The notes beneath the pieces are model-generated. The model ran no database searches. It worked only from the letters and a program-made list of their open reading frames with translations, and was not told where the DNA came from. A stretch of 64,000 nucleotides of DNA from a virus. Lineage: Duplodnaviria; Caudoviricetes. The stretch spans positions 1-64,000 of IMG/VR virus record IMGVR_UViG_3300032007_000037; one strand, written 5' to 3'. This document shows, piece by piece, positions 1-10,031 of the stretch. The position numbers and the translations under genes are program-made. Each line of letters begins with the position of its first letter. Position 1 is the first letter of the stretch.

Positions 1-2289
1 TTCAGAACCTGTATATCTTAAAAGTCTACAGAAATCATCAGCGACCACACCATCAGGAAGGGCATATCTTCTTACATTATTCTCATCAAAACCAGTCCAA
101 AACCATAGCCTATACATCTTATTGTCAGGTTGTCCATAATATTCAGACGCACTTGACATATCTGCCCTTATGAGTCTTTCATATTCTATAATACTCATAC
201 TCCCCCTTACTTTCGGCATCCAAAATAAAATATCCCAGCATTCGGTAAGATTAACATCATCACTCTTATTTTTAATATTGATTATATTAAATACCAAAGC
301 TGTATAGTAAGGATATTTACCCTCCCCCTTATCATTATGTTGAAAGTCAATACATTTTTCTTTAAAATAGTATCCAGCTTCAGAAGCCTTTACTCTTAAC
401 ATCATTACAGTATAACCATTAGGATCACTCGGAGCTTCAGCTTCATCACCTCTTCTTAAGAATTCAACTTTGTTGTCATTCTCTTTTTGAGCTTGTTTGC
501 AAATAGAATATGGTCTAAAATTCCAAGATGCCTGAGCATAAGGAATTCCCTCCTTTCTATCTTCTACATTAAATACTGTAGGGTTAAGCACACCTTGACA
601 TAATGTAACTCTGTCATTTATATCTGGATATACTATAATAGGTCTTATTCTTTTATAGACTTTGTTGAAGTCTTTAATGTAATAGGGACTAGTTGAATCT
701 ATAAATACACTTAAAGATACCTCTGCTTCTGCGTGTACAAGATTAACCCTTTCATCAAAAATAGAGGTTCTAGGATATTTATCATTCTGTGCATCATCTA
801 TAAAGATGGGTTCAGTCCACTCTCCAGTATTTTTCTGAAGTTGAAATCCGAATCTATAATAATCCCCTCCCTTAAACGTAGTTACTTTTCTACGACTATT
901 GTTCAGTGTAAATGTATTGTCATATAAACTTCCAGTTGAATCTTTCAATACATTATACTTCTCTTCATTAATTTCAGTGCCTATAATAGTTATGACGGTA
1001 TCTCCAGAAGGAATATCTTCTTGAGTTCCGTAAAAACCAATATATATGAGTCCATTGTTATTATAGAAAACATTTAATGGTTTATTATCTAAAAAGGCCT
1101 GCTCAATGTTATCATACCCTTGAATACCTGTTATTATGATACTCCCATACTTTGGATTGTTTGGGATATACTCCCAGTCAGTAGCTGGTATGTCTTTTAC
1201 TTTAACACCATTGACAAATTCAATGTTTATTCTATTATTTTCATTTCTGATTTTATCAAAGTACCTCTGTACATCAGAAATGTCACTATTCACCTGTGTA
1301 ATATTTCCTAAAAAGAGGGTTTGATCCTTCTCCTCCATTGTGTAAGCAAGAATCTCCTTACCACCTATAAACAACATTTCCATTGGATCTACTGTAGCTC
1401 CATTAGAACCATTATCCACATATGTAATAGTGGTATTAGGTGTAACAGGGAAATCTTCCAAAGCAAGAACATGCGGTGTCGCATCAAGAGAGGTTCTATG
1501 AATAGAATAAAGTCTTATCCTATCAAAGCTCTCATCAGGATTGCTAATAGTAATTTCAAAACTATTATCTACTTTATCTTCAGCACTAGCACCCCTCTCT
1601 GAGTGTGTGAGGTAATAAAGAGGAGAAACATTAATTATATTACTCTGCTGTTCATACTTATTGAAGTATGTATAACAATATTGAATAACCCCTGGTGCAA
1701 ACATACCACCAGATGTTCTTTTATTAACAGTAAGCGTTGAATCTAATTTAGCAGATATGACAAAATCAAACTTAGTATAAACTTCTCCTGACGTGTCACT
1801 AATATGATTATTGAATAATTTTGCTATATTAGCTACTCTAGGCTGATTTAAATTGTCAGTCCAATATACTTTTTCAACATTGTCTGATTCATAGGAAACA
1901 AGAGTCTCTAAAGGGTATTCTATATTAAATTTAAGATTACCTTCAAATATACAAGTGTTGGTAAAAATATTGCACTCCTTTCTCACTACATATAATCTAT
2001 CCTTATCTTCTGTTGTAAAGATAACAAGCTTATGGTTGATAACAGCTGTACCTATAGGAGTTCCAACAATTGGCAAATCCACATATATAGGATTTTCAAC
2101 TGTATTCATATTGCACTTTAAATTTATCTTTTCAGTGCCTTTTTCATTAACCCAACTCAAGAGCGTATTATTCTCATTTGTTGAAAGTCTAAGATTTATA
2201 TTTTCAAAGGCAAATTCAGGATTGAAGGCAGAGACAGATAAATCCCTGTTCATTCCTTTTGTCTTAAAGAGCATCTGTTTCTTCTGCAT
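1..2289 (-). CDS. Tail stabilisation/muzzle protein (crAss-like, P22 gp10-like); 3' end runs off the window
   Basis: Not in the ORF track. ATG at 2289 reads MQKKQMLFKTKGMNRDLSVSAFNPEFAFENINLRL, resembling crAss stabilisation protein N-termini; syntenic after the ring and HU-like genes. Confidence 0.75.
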   Translation of the reverse strand, partial: MQKKQMLFKTKGMNRDLSVSAFNPEFAFENINLRLSTNENNTLLSWVNEKGTEKINLKCNMNTVENPIYVDLPIVGTPIGTAVINHKLVIFTTEDKDRLYVVRKECNIFTNTCIFEGNLKFNIEYPLETLVSYESDNVEKVYWTDNLNQPRVANIAKLFNNHISDTSGEVYTKFDFVISAKLDSTLTVNKRTSGGMFAPGVIQYCYTYFNKYEQQSNIINVSPLYYLTHSERGASAEDKVDNSFEITISNPDESFDRIRLYSIHRTSLDATPHVLALEDFPVTPNTTITYVDNGSNGATVDPMEMLFIGGKEILAYTMEEKDQTLFLGNITQVNSDISDVQRYFDKIRNENNRINIEFVNGVKVKDIPATDWEYIPNNPKYGSIIITGIQGYDNIEQAFLDNKPLNVFYNNNGLIYIGFYGTQEDIPSGDTVITIIGTEINEEKYNVLKDSTGSLYDNTFTLNNSRRKVTTFKGGDYYRFGFQLQKNTGEWTEPIFIDDAQNDKYPRTSIFDERVNLVHAEAEVSLSVFIDSTSPYYIKDFNKVYKRIRPIIVYPDINDRVTLCQGVLNPTVFNVEDRKEGIPYAQASWNFRPYSICKQAQKENDNKVEFLRRGDEAEAPSDPNGYTVMMLRVKASEAGYYFKEKCIDFQHNDKGEGKYPYYTALVFNIINIKNKSDDVNLTECWDILFWMPKVRGSMSIIEYERLIRADMSSASEYYGQPDNKMYRLWFWTGFDENNVRRYALPDGVVADDFCRLLRYTGSE

Positions 2290-2300
2290 AGTGTTCTAGT

Positions 2301-2999
2301 TTAATGTCTTTTTAAATATTGACGACTGCCATTATCTCTAAACCCATAATCAAATTCTCTATTTCTCGGAATAAGAGTATTAAACATATTGGTTATAGTT
2401 TGCATTTCGGACACACTGGGTATCATAAATTCACTGTTAAGTTGTCTTGCTTCTCTTGCATATTGAGCTTGTGCATCCTGATAAATAGCCAAGTTTACCT
2501 TACCTTGTCTAAATTTATTTCTTATAACATTCATGGCTATAAAAGACTCCAAAGCTGAAAGGTATACTTCATTGTCTATTAACATAGGAAAGCCTTCTTC
2601 ATCAGTAGCAAGGGCTTTATAGGCAATCTCTACTTCTCCTTTTGGGAAAGATGTGAAAATTACTTGTCCCCTAGTTTTAAAAGTATGTTCTGAGTATCTT
2701 CTTTCTCTTACACATTCATGTTTAGGGCCAAAATTATCAGTCATGGATCTCATACAAAGACCTGTACATAAATCCTTTACCTGTTTAACACTAATTAAAT
2801 CACAAGGTAAAGCTCCCCTAAATTCATTTATTTCTACTTTGGCAAGTTTGTCTTCATAGAATTTAGAAAAACCGTTTTTTTCAATAAATCTAAGGGTATA
2901 TCTGACTACCTGCTCTAAGGTAACATCTTCCATTAAAGCCTCATCGTGAAGGTCATCCAACACCCTATTAATATTTGTATATTGTATATTCCTTACCAT
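2301..2999 (-). CDS. Tail ring / tubular protein
   Basis: 232 aa with LPCDL motif, immediately upstream of the stabilisation gene as in crAss-like phages. Confidence 0.6.
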   Translation of the reverse strand: MVRNIQYTNINRVLDDLHDEALMEDVTLEQVVRYTLRFIEKNGFSKFYEDKLAKVEINEFRGALPCDLISVKQVKDLCTGLCMRSMTDNFGPKHECVRERRYSEHTFKTRGQVIFTSFPKGEVEIAYKALATDEEGFPMLIDNEVYLSALESFIAMNVIRNKFRQGKVNLAIYQDAQAQYAREARQLNSEFMIPSVSEMQTITNMFNTLIPRNREFDYGFRDNGSRQYLKRH

Positions 3000-3520
3000 A
3001 ATGTATCAACTTTACCCTTTTGAATATTATTTTTTAAATCAATTTTTATAAATCTATTGAGACAGAATTTATAAAATCCTTTGTTCTCATAATTTGCCTT
3101 TAGCTTGTCATAATAGACTTTGTAAACATACTTTTGTTCATTTCTCATTACAATGCCTTTCTGTTTACACTCCTTATCCTCATACCACAACTCCCATGTC
3201 TTTATCCAATCTACAGGATAAGTATTTTTCAACACTCCATCTACAATAGATACCCCCCTCTTATATTTTCTCAGCTCTAATTTACCCATTCTGCAAGGCA
3301 ATATAAATGATCTGCCTTCTGCAAGTTGTTTTGCAACAATGTCGTTTATTTGCCTTATTACAGCATAGAAATCATGCTCACTTACAATTTGTCCAATACC
3401 CGCCCATTTATTTTTTCTAATCCACTTATAAGCATCATATACACCCCATGAACTAGTTACTTTAAACTTCTTTGGGCCTTTTCTTATTTGTTCTGTTTTG
3501 AAGTTTTCAATATCTTGCAT
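2993..3520 (-). CDS. IHF/HU-like DNA-binding protein of the crAss structural module
   Basis: Basic 175 aa with FILPCRMGKLEL (HU-like beta-arm); conserved position. Confidence 0.6.
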   Translation of the reverse strand: MQDIENFKTEQIRKGPKKFKVTSSWGVYDAYKWIRKNKWAGIGQIVSEHDFYAVIRQINDIVAKQLAEGRSFILPCRMGKLELRKYKRGVSIVDGVLKNTYPVDWIKTWELWYEDKECKQKGIVMRNEQKYVYKVYYDKLKANYENKGFYKFCLNRFIKIDLKNNIQKGKVDTLW

Positions 3521-3526
3521 AACAGA

Positions 3527-4231
3527 TTATTTAGAGGTTCTATTCAATACAGGAGTATCATCGGCTGCATCATTCTTGGTATCTTCCCTTCTGTATACAT
3601 TTGGAGCAAGTTCCTTAACTACCAATTCAATTAAAGGAGGTACAAGATAATCTCTAATTGGAAATTCCATGTCTAATATATCACAGTTTTCTGAGCCCTC
3701 CGTATTAATATCACAAGATAGTTCAGCAGCAGCTTCAAAATCATCAAATACTGCACTTAGTCTAAGCTTTTTAAGATATTTAAATTGGGGATTACTACTT
3801 GTAATATATAAATGCATATCAGGCCCTAAAGAGGCATATATAACATTTTTAAGATACTTGTTTGAGCCCACATATCTCATTCTATCCCTAGACACATAAC
3901 TTATATTTACGTTTTGGTAATAATCCAAAGGATATATTCTGGGCAAATTGGCCTTCAGTAATTGGGGAACTTTCTGAATACTCCAAAGATAACTACCGTT
4001 AGTGCATAATAAATCATTCTTCTTGGGTTCTAAATCCAAACAGATTTCCTGAGTCTCAAATTCAGAAGATGAGTCTTGTGTATTCCTATCTTTCTCCTGC
4101 TCTTTCTTAATTAGAAAACTTCTGTATTTCTTACATAAGAACAGAACGTGTTCCTCTGTATAATAAGAATCATCAGAAGAAGCTGCTTTAAGGATATCAA
4201 GAATCTCATATATTAACTCACTAACTTTCAT
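3527..4231 (-). CDS. Tail ring protein
   Basis: 234 aa; size and position match crAss ring proteins. Confidence 0.55.
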   Translation of the reverse strand: MKVSELIYEILDILKAASSDDSYYTEEHVLFLCKKYRSFLIKKEQEKDRNTQDSSSEFETQEICLDLEPKKNDLLCTNGSYLWSIQKVPQLLKANLPRIYPLDYYQNVNISYVSRDRMRYVGSNKYLKNVIYASLGPDMHLYITSSNPQFKYLKKLRLSAVFDDFEAAAELSCDINTEGSENCDILDMEFPIRDYLVPPLIELVVKELAPNVYRREDTKNDAADDTPVLNRTSK

Positions 4232-4331
4232 ACTGTTCTATTTAAACTATGCCCCAAAGATATATCATTTAAATACATCCTTGGGGCTTATTAAAGAGAT
4301 TATTGTTTGTTTTAAGGAATATCTTTAAGAA

Positions 4332-4565
4332 TTATTCATCCCAATTTATTCCCTCAATTACAATTTCACCGTGCTGTACATCTGCTACATCAAATATGGT
4401 GTCGTCATGGATATAAGGTGTTTTCTTATCATCAACGATTCTTAATGGAACTAAGATACCTCTCTGTAACATATATAGTGTAAAACCACCAACAACAGGT
4501 TTAGCCCATATACAATCCCTTGCAACAGGCTCAGTACTTGAAAAAATTAATCTATATTCTTTCAT
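4332..4565 (-). CDS. Small hypothetical virion-associated protein
   Basis: 77-aa ORF co-oriented within the structural operon. Confidence 0.5.
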   Translation of the reverse strand: MKEYRLIFSSTEPVARDCIWAKPVVGGFTLYMLQRGILVPLRIVDDKKTPYIHDDTIFDVADVQHGEIVIEGINWDE

Positions 4566-4591
4566 ATTACATATGTGGGGTTATTACTATA

Positions 4592-4620
4592 AAGGAGGGA
4601 AGGGCTGCCCAACCCTCCTT
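4592..4620 (-). terminator. Hairpin after the auxiliary capsid gene
   Basis: aaggaggg...ccctcctt inverted repeat. Confidence 0.55.
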
Positions 4621-4634
4621 CAGATATTCTCAAT

Positions 4635-5654
4635 TCACAATTTAGACCAAGTCCAAGCAGCAGCTGCATTAGACTTAGCAACAGTAGCACCAGCAGCCTC
4701 AATAGCCTTTACAAAAGCAATCAAGTCAGCCTGGGCATCCTTTGCAAATACAACAGTAATGTCCTTCTCACTGCGATAGCTATTTACACCAGTATCAGTA
4801 AAGGCGTGGTGAATTTCAAGTGCATGGTACTGCTTATCAGGATCAGCGAGATACTCAGTCTTAATATAGTTGGGCCAACCCTTCATTCTATACTGATCAC
4901 CTCTCTCACCCATGCAGAACCACTCAAGATCTGCAATCTGCTTACCATTGCCGATGTAATTTACATTCTCAGTACCAGCAGCAGCAACTGCCTTAGTAGG
5001 AGTCTTATCTTCAACAATACCCCATACTACATCTTCACCGCCTGTATAAATCTGACCACAGAGTACATCGAACAATACCCTCTCCTGAGATTCAGTGCCA
5101 AGTGACCAGTCCTGAGGCTTCTCAGTAATAACCAACTTAGCATTAGCACCACTGCCACTAACCTCAAACTTCAGATAAGGATTAGAATCCTTGCTAGCAC
5201 CAATCTCTCTTGCAAAGACAGTGTCCAACTCCTTCTTCATGGCCTTGAGTACCTTCTCAGCGTTATCCATAGCAGAAGTAACATGTACAGCTGCATCCTT
5301 ATAATACTGATCGAGTTCACTCATACCAACCCAATGACGGAAGTTAATACCAAAGATGTAATCCTGACCTGTAACAGGCAGACCACCATTGATAGTACTG
5401 TCAAGTTTAACCTCAGTAACCTTCAAAGGAGCTATCATCTCTTCAGCTGCAATAACCTTCAGATATTCACAGTTCTTCAGAGTAATATAATCACTCTTCA
5501 AAGTGTTATCGGCACCCTTGTACTTAAAGTACATAACACCATCCTTAATTTTTACATCGCCAATAGTACCTTTGGCAGATGCATCACTTACGCTAGCATT
5601 GTATGCCTTTGCAACATACAACTGGCGATTTTGATTTGTTGAAAAAATAGCCAT
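4635..5654 (-). CDS. Auxiliary capsid (cement) protein
   Basis: 339 aa, MAIFSTNQNRQLYVA N-terminus and ADLEWFCMGERGDQYR motif; codon usage like the major capsid gene. Confidence 0.65.
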   Translation of the reverse strand: MAIFSTNQNRQLYVAKAYNASVSDASAKGTIGDVKIKDGVMYFKYKGADNTLKSDYITLKNCEYLKVIAAEEMIAPLKVTEVKLDSTINGGLPVTGQDYIFGINFRHWVGMSELDQYYKDAAVHVTSAMDNAEKVLKAMKKELDTVFAREIGASKDSNPYLKFEVSGSGANAKLVITEKPQDWSLGTESQERVLFDVLCGQIYTGGEDVVWGIVEDKTPTKAVAAAGTENVNYIGNGKQIADLEWFCMGERGDQYRMKGWPNYIKTEYLADPDKQYHALEIHHAFTDTGVNSYRSEKDITVVFAKDAQADLIAFVKAIEAAGATVAKSNAAAAWTWSKL

Positions 5655-5710
5655 AGTATATAATCATTTAAATTAAACAATTGCTTCAAGTCATGGCAAA
5701 ACTATCAGCG

Positions 5711-6478
5711 TTATTTATTCTCATTCTTATCTATAATACCTCTACTCTTTAAAGCTAGTGCAACCGCTAAATCGAGTACTTTCTGATGAAGGCCCTCATG
5801 AAGCTCACAAGGTGTAGGTATGTTCACACCGTTTATGGACACTTCCTCTAAACTGAAATCCTCTAACACAATAGGCTTAAGCTTCTTCAGATATCTTATA
5901 TAATAAGTGTAATCCTCATAAGCACTTTTAACCTCCACTACATTGTCAGATAAATCAAGTCTTAAGGCCCTTCTTTTATTTATTCCTCTAAAGGGATTCT
6001 TCTTTATTTTATTGTATTCGTCCTGCTTAGTAGGATAAACAGCTATTGCTTTTCCATGCATACAGCCGTTTATATAATTACCTTCTTTATCCTTATTATC
6101 ACTAAGAATGATAGTTTCATAAGTCAGGAACCACACGGCAGGTTTTTCTCCTTTTCCATCTGGGAGAGTAAAGAACTTAGATTTACTATCCATTCCAAGG
6201 ATTCTTTCTGTACTCTCTATTGGCTTTAATTCAGCTTCTGCAATCAATGGTGCAAGATATCTTCTCATTTCCTCAGTCTGTTCAAAAGATTCTCCGAATG
6301 GATTCTTACCATTGTATAGATCTAAAGCAACCACTTCTTGAGCATCTGTTAGGAACAGAGATTTCTCATATTCTGTGAATCTTACATCTGCTATTCCATT
6401 TTCTTTACCAAATGGAGAGACAGAAGCGAAGCTATTAGCTAATACATCAAAACCTGAACTAAAATTCTCCAGTGTCAT
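5711..6478 (-). CDS. Ring / head-tail connector protein
   Basis: 255 aa, paralogous to the upstream gene (EKS.FLT..Q, Y..RY.K...PI.LED, PCEL....HQ). Confidence 0.6.
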   Translation of the reverse strand: MTLENFSSGFDVLANSFASVSPFGKENGIADVRFTEYEKSLFLTDAQEVVALDLYNGKNPFGESFEQTEEMRRYLAPLIAEAELKPIESTERILGMDSKSKFFTLPDGKGEKPAVWFLTYETIILSDNKDKEGNYINGCMHGKAIAVYPTKQDEYNKIKKNPFRGINKRRALRLDLSDNVVEVKSAYEDYTYYIRYLKKLKPIVLEDFSLEEVSINGVNIPTPCELHEGLHQKVLDLAVALALKSRGIIDKNENK

Positions 6479-6484
6479 AATCTT

Positions 6485-7234
6485 TTATTTTTGGTTATCT
6501 CTCTGGGCAGCAGCTTGTGCAGCCTGGGTCACAGTCCCACCCTGCCATGCAATCTTTGCAAGAGTTACTGCTCTTTCCACAATTTCCTGATGCATTTCAA
6601 CTGGAAGCTCACAAGGAGTTTCACGCCATTTACCATCTATTGTAAAATCATCACCGTAGTTAGTTAAATCCTCCAAAATAATAGGATTAGGCCTCTTTAC
6701 ATATCTTAACTGATAAGTAGGCGTACCTTCAAATTTTCCTATAATTTCAGCTTTTGGATAAACATTATGGCCACTATCTTCAGCAACACCCGTTAATATT
6801 CTCCAAGCCCCCCTCTTAACAGGGAAGTTATAAGGCTTTAACATTAACCTTTGATATTCATCATAACTTAAAGGTAATACAGAATATTGACGTTTTGAAT
6901 CAAACAATATTTCATTGACTGCAAGGAAGAACTTTAATGGAAATCTAAACACCAGGCTTCTCTTATCCAATTTTGTACTTGGATCAATGTTACTTGATAT
7001 GTTCATAAGATTTTCCACAACAATAAGACTTGAAAAATCATACTGTCTTTGTTGACTACCATCAAATCCACCTCCTACACCATCGGTTCTTGGATTAAAT
7101 TCTTCTTTGATAAGCATATTCTGACCTTTAGTCAGAAAAACACTTTTCTCGCCTTCATTTAAACCAGGTGCTTGATTACTTGTAACATTAGAAAAAAGCA
7201 CATCAAAGAGTGCAGACATTTCTGGATTGTTCAT
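6485..7234 (-). CDS. Ring / head-tail connector protein (ATG at 7234 preferred over the track start)
   Basis: Paralogue of 5711-6478; aligns from MNNPEMSALFDVL. Confidence 0.6.
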   Translation of the reverse strand: MNNPEMSALFDVLFSNVTSNQAPGLNEGEKSVFLTKGQNMLIKEEFNPRTDGVGGGFDGSQQRQYDFSSLIVVENLMNISSNIDPSTKLDKRSLVFRFPLKFFLAVNEILFDSKRQYSVLPLSYDEYQRLMLKPYNFPVKRGAWRILTGVAEDSGHNVYPKAEIIGKFEGTPTYQLRYVKRPNPIILEDLTNYGDDFTIDGKWRETPCELPVEMHQEIVERAVTLAKIAWQGGTVTQAAQAAAQRDNQK

Positions 7235-7292
7235 ATTACCTTTTATATTTAAAAGCTGTGGGGAAACTATTAGTCTCCCCAATCAGCAGTGA

Positions 7293-8375
7293 TTATTCTT
7301 CTTTAACACTTGCTTCAAGTGTATACTTCAAATCTGCATGTTTAGGAGAACTCAAGTACCTTGCTGCTGTATTCAATGTGCTCTCCTCTCCAAGCTCACA
7401 TAGTGGAGTACCATCCTTTCTCCAATAATAGAAATTGTTTCTCCAACTAATAACTCCTGCATCAATACCCTTCTTAATAAGTACCTTTGCAGGTAGCAGT
7501 TTGTCTGTAATTACACTCAGGAAACGGCGGGGATCTTTATCAATGTACCTCTTGATTTCACTCTGAAGATAATCAAGCCTAACTTGAGGACTTGTAGGTC
7601 TCTTCTCAAATGTCTCAATAATAACACGTAAAGCATCCTTATCATTCTTAATAGCACCAAACTCAAACCAACATTGCTCTGTGGCTTCCAGTTTACTTAC
7701 ATTGCTCTGAGTTTCTGCATTCTCAGATACAATCACAAACTGATATGTTGCTTTAGGCCTCTCCTCATATTCCTGTAAACTAGGACAGATTTGGTCTTTG
7801 TTAGCAAGAAGAATCTTGTACTTAATGTAATCTATAGGATTGCTCAGATTCAAGTAGTTATCTTCTTTGTGAAGGGTTACTCTACCAATACCATTAGGAT
7901 TACTATCATCCCAGAAATTGTCAACTCTCTTATGAATACTAAGAGCTCCCTCTTCCAATCCCATTACATGTTCAAGATAAGCCTTTTCATCATTTGTAAG
8001 TACATTCTTATAAATACCAGATGAAGAAAGTCTTGGCACTACAAAGTTTCTAACAGCTGTAATAGCCATACCACCATAAAGAACATGATTCTTATTATGA
8101 ACCATTGCTGTTTCTTTAGGTAAGAACTTTACTACAACACGCTCGTTTCTTAAACAATTTATCAATTCTTTCTCTTTCTTTTCCTCTGGAGCTTTCTGCC
8201 CTCTGGCTGGCTCCTGTGTCTGAGTCCACTGAATAGTGGGCATAGGACTTTGCATCTCTTCTACATCCAACTGCATTGCAGGCATATCACCTACATTCAG
8301 CTGCTGAGTTGTCTGTTCATTAAAGTCTACTGTTGCATCAGCATTCTTTACTTCTACTTTTTTTGATCTTCCCAT
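7293..8375 (-). CDS. Conserved crAss-like protein downstream of the major capsid gene
   Basis: 360 aa with LNLSNPIDYIKYKILLANKD motif; conserved position. Confidence 0.6.
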   Translation of the reverse strand: MGRSKKVEVKNADATVDFNEQTTQQLNVGDMPAMQLDVEEMQSPMPTIQWTQTQEPARGQKAPEEKKEKELINCLRNERVVVKFLPKETAMVHNKNHVLYGGMAITAVRNFVVPRLSSSGIYKNVLTNDEKAYLEHVMGLEEGALSIHKRVDNFWDDSNPNGIGRVTLHKEDNYLNLSNPIDYIKYKILLANKDQICPSLQEYEERPKATYQFVIVSENAETQSNVSKLEATEQCWFEFGAIKNDKDALRVIIETFEKRPTSPQVRLDYLQSEIKRYIDKDPRRFLSVITDKLLPAKVLIKKGIDAGVISWRNNFYYWRKDGTPLCELGEESTLNTAARYLSSPKHADLKYTLEASVKEE

Positions 8376-8416
8376 TTTAACTTCTCCTTTTATTTAATTT
8401 ATACTTCTACGTTTGA

Positions 8417-8454
8417 AAAATAAGCAGGGGGCAGATTTAACCACCCCACTGCTT
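8417..8454 (-). terminator. Intrinsic terminator after the major capsid gene
   Basis: aagcagggg...cccactgctt stem followed on the minus strand by a T run. Confidence 0.6.
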
Positions 8455-8464
8455 CTATGAAATC

Positions 8465-9985
8465 TTACGCTACCAGAACGGCAGGTACATAGCTCAGAGT
8501 TCTTGTAGGATCAAGAACACATACACCAGTTGTAGTCATCTTGTGGATGGTCGCACTATCCTCATCATGGCTCATGTAGGGATTACCCATCTGGCCTGTG
8601 AAGGGGTTACGCAGACCCCACTCATAAGAAGTGAAGTCACCATTCTGACCCTTAACAGCACACTTGAAGATGTTAGGCTGATCCATTGTACCAATGTCAA
8701 AGATATCATATCTGTAAGACATTGCAGGACCACCAAGGTGGTGCTGAATCTTGTTACGAACTGGATCATCATAGAATGGATCTACATCAATCTTAACATA
8801 TGCACCATTGGGAGCAACAAACTCAGTTACCTGGGGCATTGTCATTCGGAATGCACCTCCCTGAGGAGTCATCTTAGATGTAGTAGGCTTCATGAAACCA
8901 AGCTCAGATGCACTATACTCATAAGTGATAGGATTCCAACCAGAACCATCAGTCAGAGCAGCACGGCTAAACTGAATAGCACCCATTTCACCAGTTTTAA
9001 CCAAGAACTTACGGTCATTAAAGTCAAGCTTAGAACGAGAAATCTGGTAGATGTCATCCATGAATCTCTTCAAAGAGAAGTTGTTATAGGGGTCGGTATG
9101 GCTAACTTCCATCTGCTCATACAGACCAGCACCCATACGAATAACCTCACCAGACTTACCAATGTTCAGATACTCACCATTCTTGTTACGGTTGCTCCTA
9201 CCATAAGCCAGCAAGTTGTTCTTGTAATCGCTCCACTGCTGTTCAAGCTGCCATTGTACCTCATGCATCCACATGTTCTGTACAACCTTCTTGCCACTAG
9301 CATCCAACATAGGAATTCCAAATGCAATCTTCTTGCCCAACATTGAACCAGGAACCTTGTGCTGAATTCTGATAGTAGAGAACTCATTACGCATAGCAAT
9401 AGGACTAGAGAATCGGATATCTCCAACCTTACGAGAAAGTTCTCTTTCAACAGGAGCATACTCTACAGAGAACCTCTTACCGTTGATAAGCTCCTCAGCA
9501 GGCACACCAGTAGTAATACCTCCCATAGTCTCTACCTTATAAACAGTGTTGTTACCTTCATTGCGGCCATCACCGAGAACCCTCAAAGGATAAACCTCAT
9601 TACGTTCACCAACGATTACCTCACCATCAGCAAACCAATCCTCAGCAAATACCAAATAGAAGGGCTCACCACCTACACCGACATTTGCATCATTTGCAGC
9701 TACAATGTCACCATCAATAGTTCTTGCCTCTACCAGAGGAATGTTACGCATAGGACTGCCAATTACATTCCATGTGTACTCATCGTCTGAATCAAATTCC
9801 TTGGTGGGGAACTGAGACAAGAAAGTGTCCAAAGTCTTACCTCTATAGAAAGCAAGAAGCTGAACCATCAGATTGGTTGCCATCTGAGGTTGCTCCTGAA
9901 AGATACTACCAAGGTGGTTTCTCTTAGTCAAACCTTTCCAGTGTTCGAAAGTAAGCTTCTGAAATTTTCCTAATTTACCAGCCAT
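8465..9985 (-). CDS. Major capsid protein (crAss-like HK97 fold)
   Basis: 506 aa starting MAGKLGKFQ...WKGLTKRNHLGSIF; strong codon bias; followed by a terminator. Confidence 0.9.
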   Translation of the reverse strand: MAGKLGKFQKLTFEHWKGLTKRNHLGSIFQEQPQMATNLMVQLLAFYRGKTLDTFLSQFPTKEFDSDDEYTWNVIGSPMRNIPLVEARTIDGDIVAANDANVGVGGEPFYLVFAEDWFADGEVIVGERNEVYPLRVLGDGRNEGNNTVYKVETMGGITTGVPAEELINGKRFSVEYAPVERELSRKVGDIRFSSPIAMRNEFSTIRIQHKVPGSMLGKKIAFGIPMLDASGKKVVQNMWMHEVQWQLEQQWSDYKNNLLAYGRSNRNKNGEYLNIGKSGEVIRMGAGLYEQMEVSHTDPYNNFSLKRFMDDIYQISRSKLDFNDRKFLVKTGEMGAIQFSRAALTDGSGWNPITYEYSASELGFMKPTTSKMTPQGGAFRMTMPQVTEFVAPNGAYVKIDVDPFYDDPVRNKIQHHLGGPAMSYRYDIFDIGTMDQPNIFKCAVKGQNGDFTSYEWGLRNPFTGQMGNPYMSHDEDSATIHKMTTTGVCVLDPTRTLSYVPAVLVA

Positions 9986-10031
9986 TTTAAAATAAATTTA
10001 ATCATTAAAAACCGTTTCTATTTCTTTGGCC

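Noticed and set aside
733-2299. Short plus-strand ORFs
   Set aside because: Shadows of the long minus-strand gene running off the window edge
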